In this document: positions 19,831 through 32,957 of the stretch, piece by piece
Numbering within the stretch: the stretch's first letter is position 1
Layout of the letters: each line of letters begins with the position of its first letter
IMG/VR virus record: IMGVR_UViG_2541047881_000004
Coordinates: 1-44,376 of that record
DNA length: 44,376 nucleotides
From: a virus
Lineage: Duplodnaviria; Heunggongvirae; Uroviricota; Caudoviricetes
Reading direction: 5' to 3' (one strand)
The notes under the pieces: model-generated
Databases searched by the model: none
Told to the model about the DNA's origin: nothing
Seen by the model: only the letters and a program-made list of their open reading frames with translations
Translations under genes and position numbers: made by a program

Positions 19831-20226
19831 TTATTGCATTCTGGCCAGGCCGCGCGCTGTCATTTCGGCTGCCACACCGGCAGAGACACGGAACGCCGTT
19901 CCCGGCAGCACAAATGCCACAGCCTCATCCCGCGTGGCGTGAAGTGCATCAGTATGCAGCGTCACCAGTGCCACAACCGTGACCAGAGCAGCCGTATCAG
20001 TCACGGTATCCGTCTGTGCTGATACCACCTCATTTTCATGTCCGGTCAGTGCATTTTCCGGGCTGACAGACGTGTCCTGACCGGCTGCGTCATCCGTGTC
20101 ATCAAGCTCCTCTTCCAGCTCTGCCACACGGAGCGCCAGTTCTTCTTTCGTCCCCGTCAGGCTGACATCACGGTTCAGTTGCTCACCCAGCGACCGGAGA
20201 CGGGCAATCAGTTCATCTTTCGTCAT
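19831..20226 (-). CDS. FI: DNA packaging protein FI
   Basis: Start at MTKDELIARLRSLGEQLN..., lambda FI-like with some central divergence. Confidence 0.9.
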   Translation of the reverse strand: MTKDELIARLRSLGEQLNRDVSLTGTKEELALRVAELEEELDDTDDAAGQDTSVSPENALTGHENEVVSAQTDTVTDTAALVTVVALVTLHTDALHATRDEAVAFVLPGTAFRVSAGVAAEMTARGLARMQ

Positions 20227-20267
20227 GAACTCCTCCACAGAGAGAAAATGGCCCCGAAGGGCCACGA

Positions 20268-21293
20268 TTACGCCAGTTGTACGGAAACGAACTCATCAGG
20301 GTCAGCCAGCAGCATCAGCGGTGCTGACTGAATCATGGTGAACTCACGCGCCGGATCGCCGGTGGTCACCCAGTTTTTCGGGTAACGGGCAGAGGCGTTA
20401 ATGCCTTCGCGCTGTGCGTCCGCATCCTGAATGCAGCCATAGGTGCGCAGACCGCGAGCCTGAGTGTTCCCCAGCACCATCGTGTTGTCCGGCAGGAAGT
20501 TCTTTTTGACGCCGTTTTCCACGTACTGTCCGGAATACACGACGATGGCCACATCGCCATACATTCCCTTATAGGACACCGCTTTGCCCAGGTCTTTTAC
20601 CGCTGTCTCCAGCTCGGAATGAGAGCCGCGACGGGTATCCAGCTTCTCCTTGACGGCTTTGAAGGAACGGAACAGCGCCCAGCCTTTCGGATCGAACACG
20701 ATGATATTCACCACGCCGCTGGCGTTCAGCGCGTAGGCTTCGATATCGTCGGTCGGGTCATACGTGGACTTGTCACGCTTGCTCCACTCCGTGCCGCCGG
20801 ACTGCGTGATGTTGTTCGCCGCACTGCGGCCCATATCCACCTCAACCGGATCGAAGGCTTCACCGGTCATGGTGTATTTGCCCTTGAGCACGGCAGAAAC
20901 GGCCTGCATCTCTTCGACCTGAGCAATGGCCAGCTCTTCGTCTCGCATGTTCTGCATGATGATGCGACGGCGGCGGTAAGCCGGGTCCGCCAGATTCTGT
21001 GGATCTTCATCCGGCAGGCGACGCAGGGTCATCTGCGGATTCACCTCATGCTTCGGCTTGACATATCCCGGTGTAAATTCAGAGGTGGAGCCGCCACGGG
21101 AGCGGATAACCTCACCGGAAACAATCGGCGAAACGTACAGCGCCATGTTTACCAGTCCAGGAATTTGTGAGAGATAGACTTTCTCCGTGGTGAAGGGATA
21201 GCTCTCACGGAAAAAGAGACGCAGAAACAGCGGATCAAACTTAAATTTCTGCTCATTTGCCGCCAGCAGTTGGGCGGTTGTGTACATCGACAT
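20268..21293 (-). CDS. E: Major capsid protein E
   Basis: Start at MSMYTTAQLLAANEQKF..., lambda E-like. Confidence 0.95.
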   Translation of the reverse strand: MSMYTTAQLLAANEQKFKFDPLFLRLFFRESYPFTTEKVYLSQIPGLVNMALYVSPIVSGEVIRSRGGSTSEFTPGYVKPKHEVNPQMTLRRLPDEDPQNLADPAYRRRRIIMQNMRDEELAIAQVEEMQAVSAVLKGKYTMTGEAFDPVEVDMGRSAANNITQSGGTEWSKRDKSTYDPTDDIEAYALNASGVVNIIVFDPKGWALFRSFKAVKEKLDTRRGSHSELETAVKDLGKAVSYKGMYGDVAIVVYSGQYVENGVKKNFLPDNTMVLGNTQARGLRTYGCIQDADAQREGINASARYPKNWVTTGDPAREFTMIQSAPLMLLADPDEFVSVQLA

Positions 21294-21348
21294 AAAAAAA
21301 TCCCGTAAAAAAAGCCGCACAGGCGGCCTTTAGTGATGAAGGGTAAGG

Positions 21349-21681
21349 TTAAACGATGCTGATTGCCGTTCCGGCAAACGCGGTCCGTTTTTTCGTCTCT
21401 TCGCTGGCAGCCTCCGGCCAGAGCACATCCTCATAACGGAACGTGCCGGACTTGTAGAACGTCAGCGTGTTGCTGGTCTGGTCAGCAGCAACCGCCAGAA
21501 TGCCAACGGCAGCACCGTCGGTGGTGCCATCCCATGCAACCAGCTTACGGGTGGAGGTGTCCAGCATCAGCGGGGTCATTGCAGGCGCTGTCGCACTCAA
21601 TCCGCCGGGCGCGGTTGCGGTATGAGCCGGGTCACTGTTGCCCAGCGGCTGGTAATGGGTAAAGGTTTCTTTGCTCGTCAT
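21349..21681 (-). CDS. D: Capsid decoration protein D
   Basis: Start at [12 protein letters not shown]..., lambda D-like. Confidence 0.95.
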   Translation of the reverse strand: MTSKETFTHYQPLGNSDPAHTATAPGGLSATAPAMTPLMLDTSTRKLVAWDGTTDGAAVGILAVAADQTSNTLTFYKSGTFRYEDVLWPEAASEETKKRTAFAGTAISIV

Positions 21682-21690
21682 AAACATCCC

Positions 21691-22296
21691 TTACACTGGT
21701 GTGTTCAGCAAATCGTTAACGGCATCTGATGCCGGGTTACCTGCAGCCAGAGGTGCCGGTGCACCCTGCATCAGACGATCCAGCGCAGTATCACTGCGCG
21801 CCTGTGCACTCTGTGGTGCTGCGGCCAGAATGCGACGGGCCGTTTCCACGGTCATTCCGGGGGTTTCTGCCAGCACGCGTGCCTGTTCTTCGCGTCCGTG
21901 AGCCTCCTCACAGTTGAGGATCCCCATAATGCGGCTGTTTTCTGCCGCAACCGCTGCGGTGATCTGCGCGTTCACGTCCGGCTGCGCCGCGCTGGCGTTC
22001 TCGCCCTCCGTCGCTTGCACCACGGTGGTGATGTCAGCCTGCGAGGCAGTAGCTGAAACAGTTGTTGATTGAGTCTCTTTGGTCATTCGCCCTCCTGAGA
22101 GACGGGATTTACGTGCATCCAGTGCATCACGCATGACGGTGATCGCATCGGTGCTGTTAACAAGTTCATCAGCCAGTCCGGCATCAATGGCCTCCTGACC
22201 GCTGTACACTGCAGCCTCGGTATCCAGCACAGCCTGCACAGACAGGCCGGTATATGCCGACACCTTCTGCGCAAACATCTGGCGGGTTGCATCCAT
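21691..22296 (-). CDS. Nu3: Scaffolding protein Nu3, nested in-frame in the 3' part of C
   Basis: In-frame internal ATG 22296 giving MDATRQMFAQKVSAYTGLSVQ..., placed by offset from the lambda map. Confidence 0.8.
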   Translation of the reverse strand: MDATRQMFAQKVSAYTGLSVQAVLDTEAAVYSGQEAIDAGLADELVNSTDAITVMRDALDARKSRLSGGRMTKETQSTTVSATASQADITTVVQATEGENASAAQPDVNAQITAAVAAENSRIMGILNCEEAHGREEQARVLAETPGMTVETARRILAAAPQSAQARSDTALDRLMQGAPAPLAAGNPASDAVNDLLNTPV

Positions 22297-22990
22297 CCGG
22301 GACTGCAGTGTCTCCCGGACGTCATCCGGAAGATGGCTGTAGGGGTTGCCATCCACCTTATGGCTGCCGCTGTAAATCAGCGTGATTTCCACACCCTGTT
22401 TCTCCAGCGCAGCACCGTAATTGCTGTGAGCCATCATGACGCCGATGGAGCCTGTCCGGGCGGTCTGCGTGACCAGACGCCGGGAGGCGGCACTGGCAAG
22501 CAGCTGACCTGCACTGCAGTTCATGTCGTTGGCCAGCGCCCATACCGGTTTTATGTCACGCACACGGGCGATGATGTCAGCGCAGTCAAATGCTCCCGCC
22601 ACCATTCCGCCTGGCGTGTCCATATCGAGCAGAATGCCGTCCACCATCGGATCGCTGGAAGCCTGTTGCAGACGGGCGATAATGCCGTTGTAACCGGTCA
22701 TCCCCGAATACGGCTGCAGCGCCCGCGTCCGGCTGACCAGCGTGCCGGACACCGGCAGCACGGCGATGCCGTTCATGACCTGATAACTGCGGGCCTGTCG
22801 TGGTCCGTCATCATCACCGGATAACGCCAGCGTCGCGGGTGCCTCTCCGGCAGTCAGGCTGTCGCCGGACACCGCATCCGTCAGGCGGCTGATCCCAAGC
22901 TGGCCTGCAAGTGCACAAAAGAAAACCCGCGCATAGGCGGGTTCAAGCATCAGCGGCTCATTAAAGGCCATGCTGGCAATATGCGGGAGA

Positions 22991-23010
<20 letters not shown>
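21691..23010 (-). CDS. C: Capsid assembly protease C (GTG start)
   Basis: GTG at 23010 gives VTAELRNLPHIASMAFNEPLMLEPAYARVFF... as lambda C; overlaps the 3' end of B. Confidence 0.9.
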
Positions 23011-26691
<3,681 letters not shown>

Positions 26692-26717
<26 letters not shown>

Positions 26718-27237
26718 TCAGCAACCCCGGTATCAGTTCATCCAGCGCGGCTGCTTTGTTCATGGCTTTGATGATATCCCGTTTCAGGAAATCAACATGT
26801 CGGTTTTCCAGTTCCGGAAAACGCCGCTGCACCGACAGGGGGATCCCGTCGAGAATACTGGCAATTTCACCTGCGATCCGCGACAGCACGAAAGTACAGA
26901 ATGCGGTTTCCACCACTTCAGCGGAGTCTCTGGCATTTTTCAGCTCCTGTGCGTCGGCCTGCGCACGCGTAAGTCGATGGCGTTCGTACTCAATAGTCCC
27001 TGGCTGGAGATCTGTCTCGCTGGCCTGCCGCAGTTCTTCAACTTCCCGGCGCAGCTTTTCGTTCTCAATTTCAGCATCCCTTTCGGCATACCATTTTATG
27101 GCGGCGGCAGAGTCATAAAGCACCTCATTACCCTTGCCACCGCCTCGCAGAACGGGCATTCCCTGCTCCTGCCAGTTCTGAATGGTACGGATACTCGCAC
27201 CGAAAATGTCAGCCAGCTGCTTTTTGTTGACTTCCAT
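26692..27237 (-). CDS. Nu1: Terminase small subunit Nu1
   Basis: 181 aa, MEVNKKQLADIFGASIRTIQNWQEQGMPVLRGGGKGNE..., lambda Nu1-like. Confidence 0.95.
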
Positions 27238-27299
27238 TGTTCATTCCACGGACAAAAACAGAGAAAGGAAACGACAGAGGCCAAAAAGCCCGTTTTCAG

Positions 27300-27460
27300 C
27301 ACCTGTCGTTTCCTTTCTTTTCAGGGGGTGTTTTAAATAAAAACATTAAGTTACGGCGAAGAAGAACGGAAACGCCTTAAACCGGAAAATTTTCATAAAT
27401 AGCGAAAACCCGCGCGCCTTCCGCCCCGTAACCTGTCGGATCGCCGGAAAGGACCCGCAA
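27300..27460 (-). other. cos packaging site; cosN 12-nt cohesive-end segment at 27415-27426
   Basis: Minus strand reads ...GATCCGACAGGTTACG GGGCGGAAGGCG CGCGGGTTTTCGCTATTTATGAAAATTTTCCGG; flanks match lambda as recalled, the cohesive-end 12-mer differs in its last six bases; lies about 190 nt upstream of Nu1 as in lambda. Confidence 0.8.
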
Positions 27461-27625
27461 AATGATAATAATTATCATCTGCATGTCACAACGTGCATCT
27501 ACGCCATCAAACCACGTCAAATAATCAATTATGACGCAGGTATCATATTAATTGATCTGCATCAACTTAACGTAAAAACAACTTCAGACAATACAAATCA
27601 GCGACACTGAATACGGGACAACCTC

Positions 27626-27859
27626 ATGTCAACGAAGAACAGAACCCGCAGAACAACAACCCGCAACATCCGCTTTCCTAACCAAATGATTGAACAAATT
27701 AACATCGCTCTTGATCAAAAAGGGTCCGGGAATTTCTCAGCCTGGGTCATTGAAGCCTGCCGCCGGAGACTGTGCTCAGAAAAAAGAGTTTCTCCTGAAG
27801 CAAACAAAGAAAAGAGTGACATTACTGAATTGCTCAGAAAACAGATCAGACCAGATTGA
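27626..27859 (+). CDS. Ribbon-helix-helix protein, homologue of the lambda cos-proximal hypothetical gene (recalled as orf-79)
   Basis: 77 aa, MSTKNRTRRTTTRNIRFPNQMIEQINIALDQKGSGNFSAWVIEACRRRL...; near-identical to the lambda right-end ORF as recalled. Confidence 0.8.
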   Translation: MSTKNRTRRTTTRNIRFPNQMIEQINIALDQKGSGNFSAWVIEACRRRLCSEKRVSPEANKEKSDITELLRKQIRPD

Positions 27860-27915
27860 AGCAATTTAGATAATCGTGCAGACTACGCCCCTCATATCAC
27901 ATGGAAGGTACTACA

Positions 27916-28326
27916 ATGGCTCAGGTTGCCATTTTTAAACAAATATTCGATAAAGTGCGAAATAATTTAAACTATCACTGGTTTTATTCTGAACTAAAAC
28001 GTCACAATGTCTCACATTACATTTACTATTTAGCCACAGAGAATATTCATCTTGTTCTTGAAAACGATAATACGGTTTTAATAAAAGGACAGGGTAAGGT
28101 TGTAAATGTAAGATTTTCAAAAAATAAATGCCTTATAGAAGCCACCTTAAAAGGATTCAAATCAGGAGAGTTATCATTTTACGAATACAGGAAAAATCTT
28201 GCTACAGCAGGGGTTTTCAGATGGATTACAAATATCCACGAAAACAAAAGGTATTACTATACCTTTGATAATTCATTACTCTTTACTGAGAACATTCAGA
28301 ACACTACACAAATATTTCCGCACTAA
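27916..28326 (+). CDS. Hypothetical protein of the YbcV family (DUF name recalled as DUF1398), homologue of the lambda cos-proximal gene (recalled as orf-78)
   Basis: 136 aa from ATG 27916 (GGAAGG RBS); AT-rich; lambda-like. Confidence 0.7.
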   Translation: MAQVAIFKQIFDKVRNNLNYHWFYSELKRHNVSHYIYYLATENIHLVLENDNTVLIKGQGKVVNVRFSKNKCLIEATLKGFKSGELSFYEYRKNLATAGVFRWITNIHENKRYYYTFDNSLLFTENIQNTTQIFPH

Positions 28327-28612
28327 ATCATAACGTCCGGTTTCTTCCGTGCCAGAACCGGACTCGCTGGCATGATGAAATATGTGTACCCGGTAACCCC
28401 GGTGTGCATCGTTTTTGATTATTCCCACACACTCGCGCAGAAGGAGTTCCCCGTCGGGCTACGGTCTCTGTTAATACGGGAATACGGCGACGATACAGCG
28501 CATGATGTGTCAGGCTTGAATACCTTTATCCTTTAAAAGGGATATCAGTTAAGTTATCCCGTGTAGGGTATAAGCCATTATCAAGCCCACCCGTAGATAG
28601 GCTTTGTAATGG

Positions 28613-28870
28613 CTACTTCGCTTTTGCTTCCGCTCGCTTACGCCGGCGCTCTTCTTTCCTCTCGGCTTTTGCCATGTCCATGAATGCCTGCATGATCGAG
28701 TTCCGCATCATGTAGCTAACAAAGTGATGATTGACACAGCCGTTGAGGCGCAGCTGCTCGCCAAACTCGTCCACCGAGGCCAATGCTTCCATCATGCCCT
28801 TCTCGCCTTTCATGAACTCTGAGAAGTCGCGCCCCGCTCTGGAGGCGCATTCAATAACATGATCACTCAT
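28613..28870 (-). CDS. Hypothetical protein (85 aa, basic C-terminal tail)
   Basis: ORF coupled to the upstream KilA-N gene (stop/start overlap); no family recognised. Confidence 0.55.
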   Translation of the reverse strand: MSDHVIECASRAGRDFSEFMKGEKGMMEALASVDEFGEQLRLNGCVNHHFVSYMMRNSIMQAFMDMAKAERKEERRRKRAEAKAK

Positions 28871-29364
28871 CCCGGAAGCCCGGGGATCGTAATCTGCAGC
28901 TGGTTAGCCAGGGAGTTAATCTCAGCGACCAACACTGGCTTCGTATAGCGCCATGCTGCCAGCCCTTGTCCGCAGAAGCTCGCCATGTCTTTCTTCTGGT
29001 CAAACTCATGACATTTCATGTTGAGCTGCGCACTTAAGCTGTTGCGATGCTGAAGTTCTCCGGTGAAGTAGTCATCGAGGACTTTATAGGCCGCGTACTT
29101 GAACCCGGGGTTTAACCAAGCCGCATAATCGTAAGCAACAAACTTCCCGCCATATGTTCCACCGTGTACACCGCGCTCAGTAAAAACCACAGATTCGTGG
29201 TTTTTCTCCAGCTCGGCTAAGAACTCTTTGGTCTGCTTGTTTCGCAGGTAGTGGTAAGGCGATTCAGATTCACTTTTACCACTGGCTTTCCACATATCAG
29301 TGAGGCAGATCATGCCATCTTCACCGATACGAATTGGTTGATTGAAGAGGGTTAATGATTTCAT
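28867..29364 (-). CDS. KilA-N domain protein
   Basis: 165 aa, MKSLTLFNQPIRIGEDGMICLTDMWKASGK... resembles the KilA-N / Bro-N DNA-binding domain; occupies the slot that bor holds in lambda but on the opposite strand. Confidence 0.55.
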   Translation of the reverse strand: MKSLTLFNQPIRIGEDGMICLTDMWKASGKSESESPYHYLRNKQTKEFLAELEKNHESVVFTERGVHGGTYGGKFVAYDYAAWLNPGFKYAAYKVLDDYFTGELQHRNSLSAQLNMKCHEFDQKKDMASFCGQGLAAWRYTKPVLVAEINSLANQLQITIPGLPG

Positions 29365-29479
29365 AGCGTGTACCTACTCTTTGAAATGAACCTTTGCCGC
29401 ACAGGAAACCAGCCCACCGAGGCTCGCCAGCACTAACTGGTATCCTCAAAGGCCCATTCCAAAGGGGCAGGTTCGGTGT

Positions 29480-29534
29480 AAAAAACATGCGTTGCGGTAC
29501 GCATTTATTGCAAAAAGCCCCGCATCGCGAGGCT
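29480..29534 (-). terminator. Two tandem intrinsic terminators downstream of Rz
   Basis: Minus-strand RNA AGCCUCGCGAUGCGGGGCU + UUUUUGC (29511-29534), then AUGCGUACCGCAACGCAU + GUUUUUUAC (29480-29504). Confidence 0.6.
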
Positions 29535-29565
29535 CATTAAATGGACTTTGTGATTTGCAAAAAAA

Positions 29566-30003
29566 TTATTTCAGGCACTGAGTCCTGATGTACTCCTGCA
29601 GGTAGTTAACCTGCGCGGTTATCCTGTCGATTCCACTTCGGAGACGGTAATAATTGAGTTCAGCATCTGCTGTAAGTCTTGGGCTTTCTCCATCGCCCAT
29701 GCCGCTGGCTCCGGTCGTTGGCTTTGCACAGGTGGCGGCGACTTGCAGGCGCTTACGACCAGCAGAAACATCAGCACGGAGACTTTCGATAGTCGCGTTA
29801 GCATCAGCAAGCTCCTTTGTGTATCTGGCGTCGAGTTCTGCTACATCACGTTGACGCTTCTGCATGTCAGCGATGATGTACGTGGCTTTATCGCGCTGGG
29901 TTTTGTAGGTAATGGCGTTATCACGGTAATGATTAACAGCCCATGACAGGCAAACGATGATGCAGATAACCAGAGCGGAGATAATCGCGGTTACTCTGCT
30001 CAT
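29566..30003 (-). CDS. Rz: Spanin, inner-membrane subunit Rz
   Basis: 145 aa; N-terminus [34 protein letters not shown] as lambda Rz, central region divergent. Confidence 0.9.
   Translation of the reverse strand: MSRVTAIISALVICIIVCLSWAVNHYRDNAITYKTQRDKATYIIADMQKRQRDVAELDARYTKELADANATIESLRADVSAGRKRLQVAATCAKPTTGASGMGDGESPRLTADAELNYYRLRSGIDRITAQVNYLQEYIRTQCLK
29619..29810 (-). CDS. Rz1: Spanin, outer-membrane lipoprotein subunit Rz1, embedded in Rz in another frame
   Basis: 63-aa ORF with lipobox LLVVSAC and Pro-rich region, nested within Rz. Confidence 0.75.
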   Translation of the reverse strand: MLMLTRLSKVSVLMFLLVVSACKSPPPVQSQRPEPAAWAMEKAQDLQQMLNSIITVSEVESTG

Positions 30004-30476
30004 ACCTCAATCTCTCTGACCGTTCCGCCTGCTTCTTTGAATTTTGCAATCAGGCTGTCAGCCTTATGCTCGAACTGACCATAACCAGCCCCCGGCAGTG
30101 AAGCCCAGATATTGCTGCAACGGTCGATTGCCTGACGGATATCACCGCGATCAATCATCGGCAAAGCGCCACGCTCTTTAATCTGCTGCAATGCCACAGC
30201 GTCCTGGCTTTTAGGAGAGAAGTCTTTCAGAGCAAGCTGCTTACGGTAGGCATCCCACCAACGGGAAAGAAGCTGGTAACGTCCGGCGGCTGTTGATTTG
30301 AGTTTGGGGTTTAGCGTGACAAGTTTGCGAGGGTGATCGGAGTAATCAGTGAATAGCTCTCCGCCAACAATGACGTCATAACCATGATTTCTGGTTTTCT
30401 GTCGTCCGTTATCAGTCCCCTCTGACCACGCCAGCATATCGAGGAACGCCTTACGTTGATTATTGATTTCCACCAT
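30000..30476 (-). CDS. R: Endolysin R (lytic transglycosylase)
   Basis: 158 aa, [35 protein letters not shown]..., lambda R-like. Confidence 0.95.
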   Translation of the reverse strand: MVEINNQRKAFLDMLAWSEGTDNGRQKTRNHGYDVIVGGELFTDYSDHPRKLVTLNPKLKSTAAGRYQLLSRWWDAYRKQLALKDFSPKSQDAVALQQIKERGALPMIDRGDIRQAIDRCSNIWASLPGAGYGQFEHKADSLIAKFKEAGGTVREIEV

Positions 30477-30783
30477 CTTCTACTCCGGCTTTTTTAGCAG
30501 CGAAGCGTTTGATAAGCGAACCAATCGAGTCAGTACCGATGTAGCCGATGAACACGCTCGTTATATAAGCGAGATTGCTACTTAGTCCGGCGAGGTCGAG
30601 AAGGTCACGAATGAACCAGGCGATAATGGCGCACATCGTTGCATCGATTACTGTTTTTGTAAACGCACCGCCATTATATCTGCCGCGAAGGTACGCCATT
30701 GCAAACGCAAGGATTGCCCCGATGCCTTGTTCCTTTGCCGCGAGAATGGCAGCTAACAGGTCATGTTTTTCTGGCATCTTCAT
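30460..30783 (-). CDS. S: Holin/antiholin S (dual-start motif Met1-Lys2-Met3)
   Basis: 107 aa, [34 protein letters not shown]..., lambda S-like. Confidence 0.95.
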   Translation of the reverse strand: MKMPEKHDLLAAILAAKEQGIGAILAFAMAYLRGRYNGGAFTKTVIDATMCAIIAWFIRDLLDLAGLSSNLAYITSVFIGYIGTDSIGSLIKRFAAKKAGVEDGGNQ

Positions 30784-31180
30784 GTCTTACCCCCAATAAG
30801 GGGATTTGCTCTATTTAATTAGGAATAAGGTCGATTACTGATAGAACAAATCCAGGCTACTGTGTTTAGTAATCAGATTTGTTCGTGACCGATATGCACG
30901 GGCAAAACGGCAGGAGGTTGTTAGCGCAGCCTCCTGTCACCCGCTTTCACGAAGGTCATGTGTAGAAGGCCGCAGCGTAACTATCACTGATGAATTCAGG
31001 ATAGCCAGTGGATACGGCTCAGTTTGGGTTGTGCTGTTGCTGGGCGGCGATGACGCCTGTACGCATTTGGTGATCCGGCTCTGCTTCCGGTATTCGCTTA
31101 ATTCAGCACAACGGAAAGAGCACTCAATGCATTTAAACCAAGCCCATAAAGGAGAATGCTCTTACCTGTTGCACAGATAT

Positions 31181-31237
31181 AAAAAATCCCGAAACCGTTA
31201 TGCAGGCTCTAACTATTACCTGCGAACTGTTTCGGGA
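31181..31237 (-). terminator. tR'-like terminator ending the short late leader (6S) transcript
   Basis: Minus strand AATCCCGAAACAGTTCGCAGGTAATAGTTAGAGCCTGCATAACGGTTTCGGGATTTTTT, matching lambda tR' as recalled. Confidence 0.8.
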
Positions 31238-31379
31238 TTGCATTTTGCAGACCTCTCAGCCTGCGATGGTTGGAGTTCCAGACGATACGTCGAAGTGACC
31301 AACTAGGCGGAATCGGTAGTAAGCGCCGCCTCTTTTCATCTCACTACCACAACGAGCGAATTAACCCATCGTTGGGTCA

Positions 31380-31408
31380 AATTTACCCAACTTTATTCAA
31401 AAAGTCAA
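31380..31408 (-). promoter_or_regulatory. Late promoter pR' (-35 TTGACT, 17-nt spacer, -10 TAAATT) with adjacent Q-utilisation region
   Basis: Minus strand ...ATATTGACTTTTTGAATAAAGTTGGGTAAATTTGACCCAACG matches the lambda pR' region as recalled. Confidence 0.8.
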
Positions 31409-31450
31409 TATTATGCCGTTAATATGTTGCCATCCGTGGCAATCATGCTG

Positions 31451-32074
31451 CTAACGTGTGACCGCATTCAAAATGTTGTCTGCGATTGACTCTTCCTTGT
31501 GGCATTGCACCACCAGAGCGTCATACAGCGGCTTAACAGTGCGTGACCAGGTGGGTTGAGTAAGGTTTGGGATTAGCATCGTTACAGCGCGATATGCGGC
31601 GCTTGCTGGCATTCTTGAATAGCCGACACCTTTGCATCTTCCGCACTCTTTCTCAACAACTCTCCCCCACTGCTCTGTTTTGGCTATATCAACCGCCCGA
31701 CCTGTACCGTGGCAATCCCTGCATCTTGCGCCCGGCGTCGCGGCACTACGGCAATAATCCGCATAAGCGAATGTTGCGAGCACTTGCAGTACCTTTGCCT
31801 TAGTATTTCCTTCAAGCTTTGCCACACCACGGTATTTCCCCGATACCTTGTGTGCAAATTGCATCAGATAGTTGATAGCCTTTTGTTTGTCGTTCTGGCT
31901 GAGTTCATGCTTACCGCAGAATGCAGCCATCCCGAATCCGGCCTGTGATTGTGCCATCCCCATAGCAGCCATCACATCAGTACCGGAAAGAGAGTCAGAA
32001 GCCGTAGCCCGTGGTGAGTCGCTCATCATCGGGCTTTTTGGCGAATGAAATTTAGCTACGCTTTCGAGTCTCAT
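31451..32074 (-). CDS. Q: Late gene antiterminator Q (lambda type)
   Basis: 207 aa, MRLESVAKFHSPKSPMMSDSPRATASDSLSGTDVMAAMG..., matches lambda Q as recalled. Confidence 0.95.
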   Translation of the reverse strand: MRLESVAKFHSPKSPMMSDSPRATASDSLSGTDVMAAMGMAQSQAGFGMAAFCGKHELSQNDKQKAINYLMQFAHKVSGKYRGVAKLEGNTKAKVLQVLATFAYADYCRSAATPGARCRDCHGTGRAVDIAKTEQWGRVVEKECGRCKGVGYSRMPASAAYRAVTMLIPNLTQPTWSRTVKPLYDALVVQCHKEESIADNILNAVTR

Positions 32075-32259
32075 GGCCTTCCCCTTTTGCCCTGTTTGAC
32101 CATCAGGACGCCGTTAACTATTACGTGACGCTCGCCTTTGCTGTCTCGGTTGTACTTGAGCACTGTTCCTCTTGCGCAGGAAAGCATCCTCGCCACTTCG
32201 GTCTGATTGCCTCGTGTCTGGATAAGAAGCTCTGGTATCGTTTGAATTGTGGCGTTCAT
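32071..32259 (-). CDS. ninH: NinH-like protein
   Basis: 62 aa, ...IPELLIQTRGNQTEVARMLSCARGTVLKYNRDSKGERHVIVNGVLMV similar to lambda NinH. Confidence 0.75.
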   Translation of the reverse strand: MNATIQTIPELLIQTRGNQTEVARMLSCARGTVLKYNRDSKGERHVIVNGVLMVKQGKRGRP

Positions 32260-32618
32260 GCGTTCTCCAGTTCGGTGATTTTTATTCCAAGCCTTCCGCC
32301 TGGTACTTTCACACCACGAATTACGCGAATGTCATCGAATTGCTCGTCGTCTTCCGCAAATCCGGCGTGGATAAGGGAGTCGAGTAAACCCTTCAGGATG
32401 TTATCGAGGTCGCGGCGGCGGGAGTCTGGAACGTCTGCGATGACTTTGATGCGGAGTCTTGATTTGGTGAAAATGTCTAACTTGAGTTGGCGGATGATTT
32501 GCTGAACGTCTTTTCGGTATTTCTGGCCTTTATCGCTGATGTAGTATTGGCTTCCCCGTCTTCGCCAGTAGGTGTTCACCGACGGCGGGTAAGGAAGCAC
32601 AAACTGATATTCTTTCAT
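32256..32618 (-). CDS. rusA: Holliday junction resolvase RusA
   Basis: 120 aa with the RusA motif PDSRRRDLDNILKGLLDSL. Confidence 0.85.
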   Translation of the reverse strand: MKEYQFVLPYPPSVNTYWRRRGSQYYISDKGQKYRKDVQQIIRQLKLDIFTKSRLRIKVIADVPDSRRRDLDNILKGLLDSLIHAGFAEDDEQFDDIRVIRGVKVPGGRLGIKITELENA

Positions 32619-32905
32619 GGCTTAATCTTCCCCTCCTTCAGCAGGATCGCCTGCGTCCTGATCACGCCTTCGAGGTGATAAAGTCTGGCGTCTTTGTTGT
32701 CGAGATTATGGGTGCGTCGGTCGATTTCATCGTGACACGCGCTACAAGCCCATGCGCCGATCAGGTCGTCAGGCTTCATTCCCGTTCCGCAAATTCCAGC
32801 CATCCGGTAATGTGCCAGAACTGTAGTTTCAGGATTGCCATTGCATACGCCGTAAATACGTACCTGGCATTCTCTGCCGCGTGCTTCTTTGCGTAGATTA
32901 GCCAT
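32615..32905 (-). CDS. Cys-rich nin-region protein of the YbcO family (DUF name recalled as DUF1364)
   Basis: 96 aa, MANLRKEARGRECQVRIYGVCNGNPETTVLAHYR...CSACHDEIDRRTH. Confidence 0.7.
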   Translation of the reverse strand: MANLRKEARGRECQVRIYGVCNGNPETTVLAHYRMAGICGTGMKPDDLIGAWACSACHDEIDRRTHNLDNKDARLYHLEGVIRTQAILLKEGKIKP

Positions 32906-32957
32906 TAAGCAGCCTCCCCTGTTACTTTCAGCATTCCGTTATCGAGCAGCTTTCTGG

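Noticed and set aside
20619-22824. Plus-strand ORFs antisense to E, D and C (20619..21170, 21363..21662, 22333..22824)
   Set aside because: Embedded antisense within capsid genes; no independent support.
31031-31306. 91-aa plus-strand ORF between Q and S
   Set aside because: Lies antisense within the pR' late leader / tR' terminator region, which matches lambda non-coding sequence as recalled.
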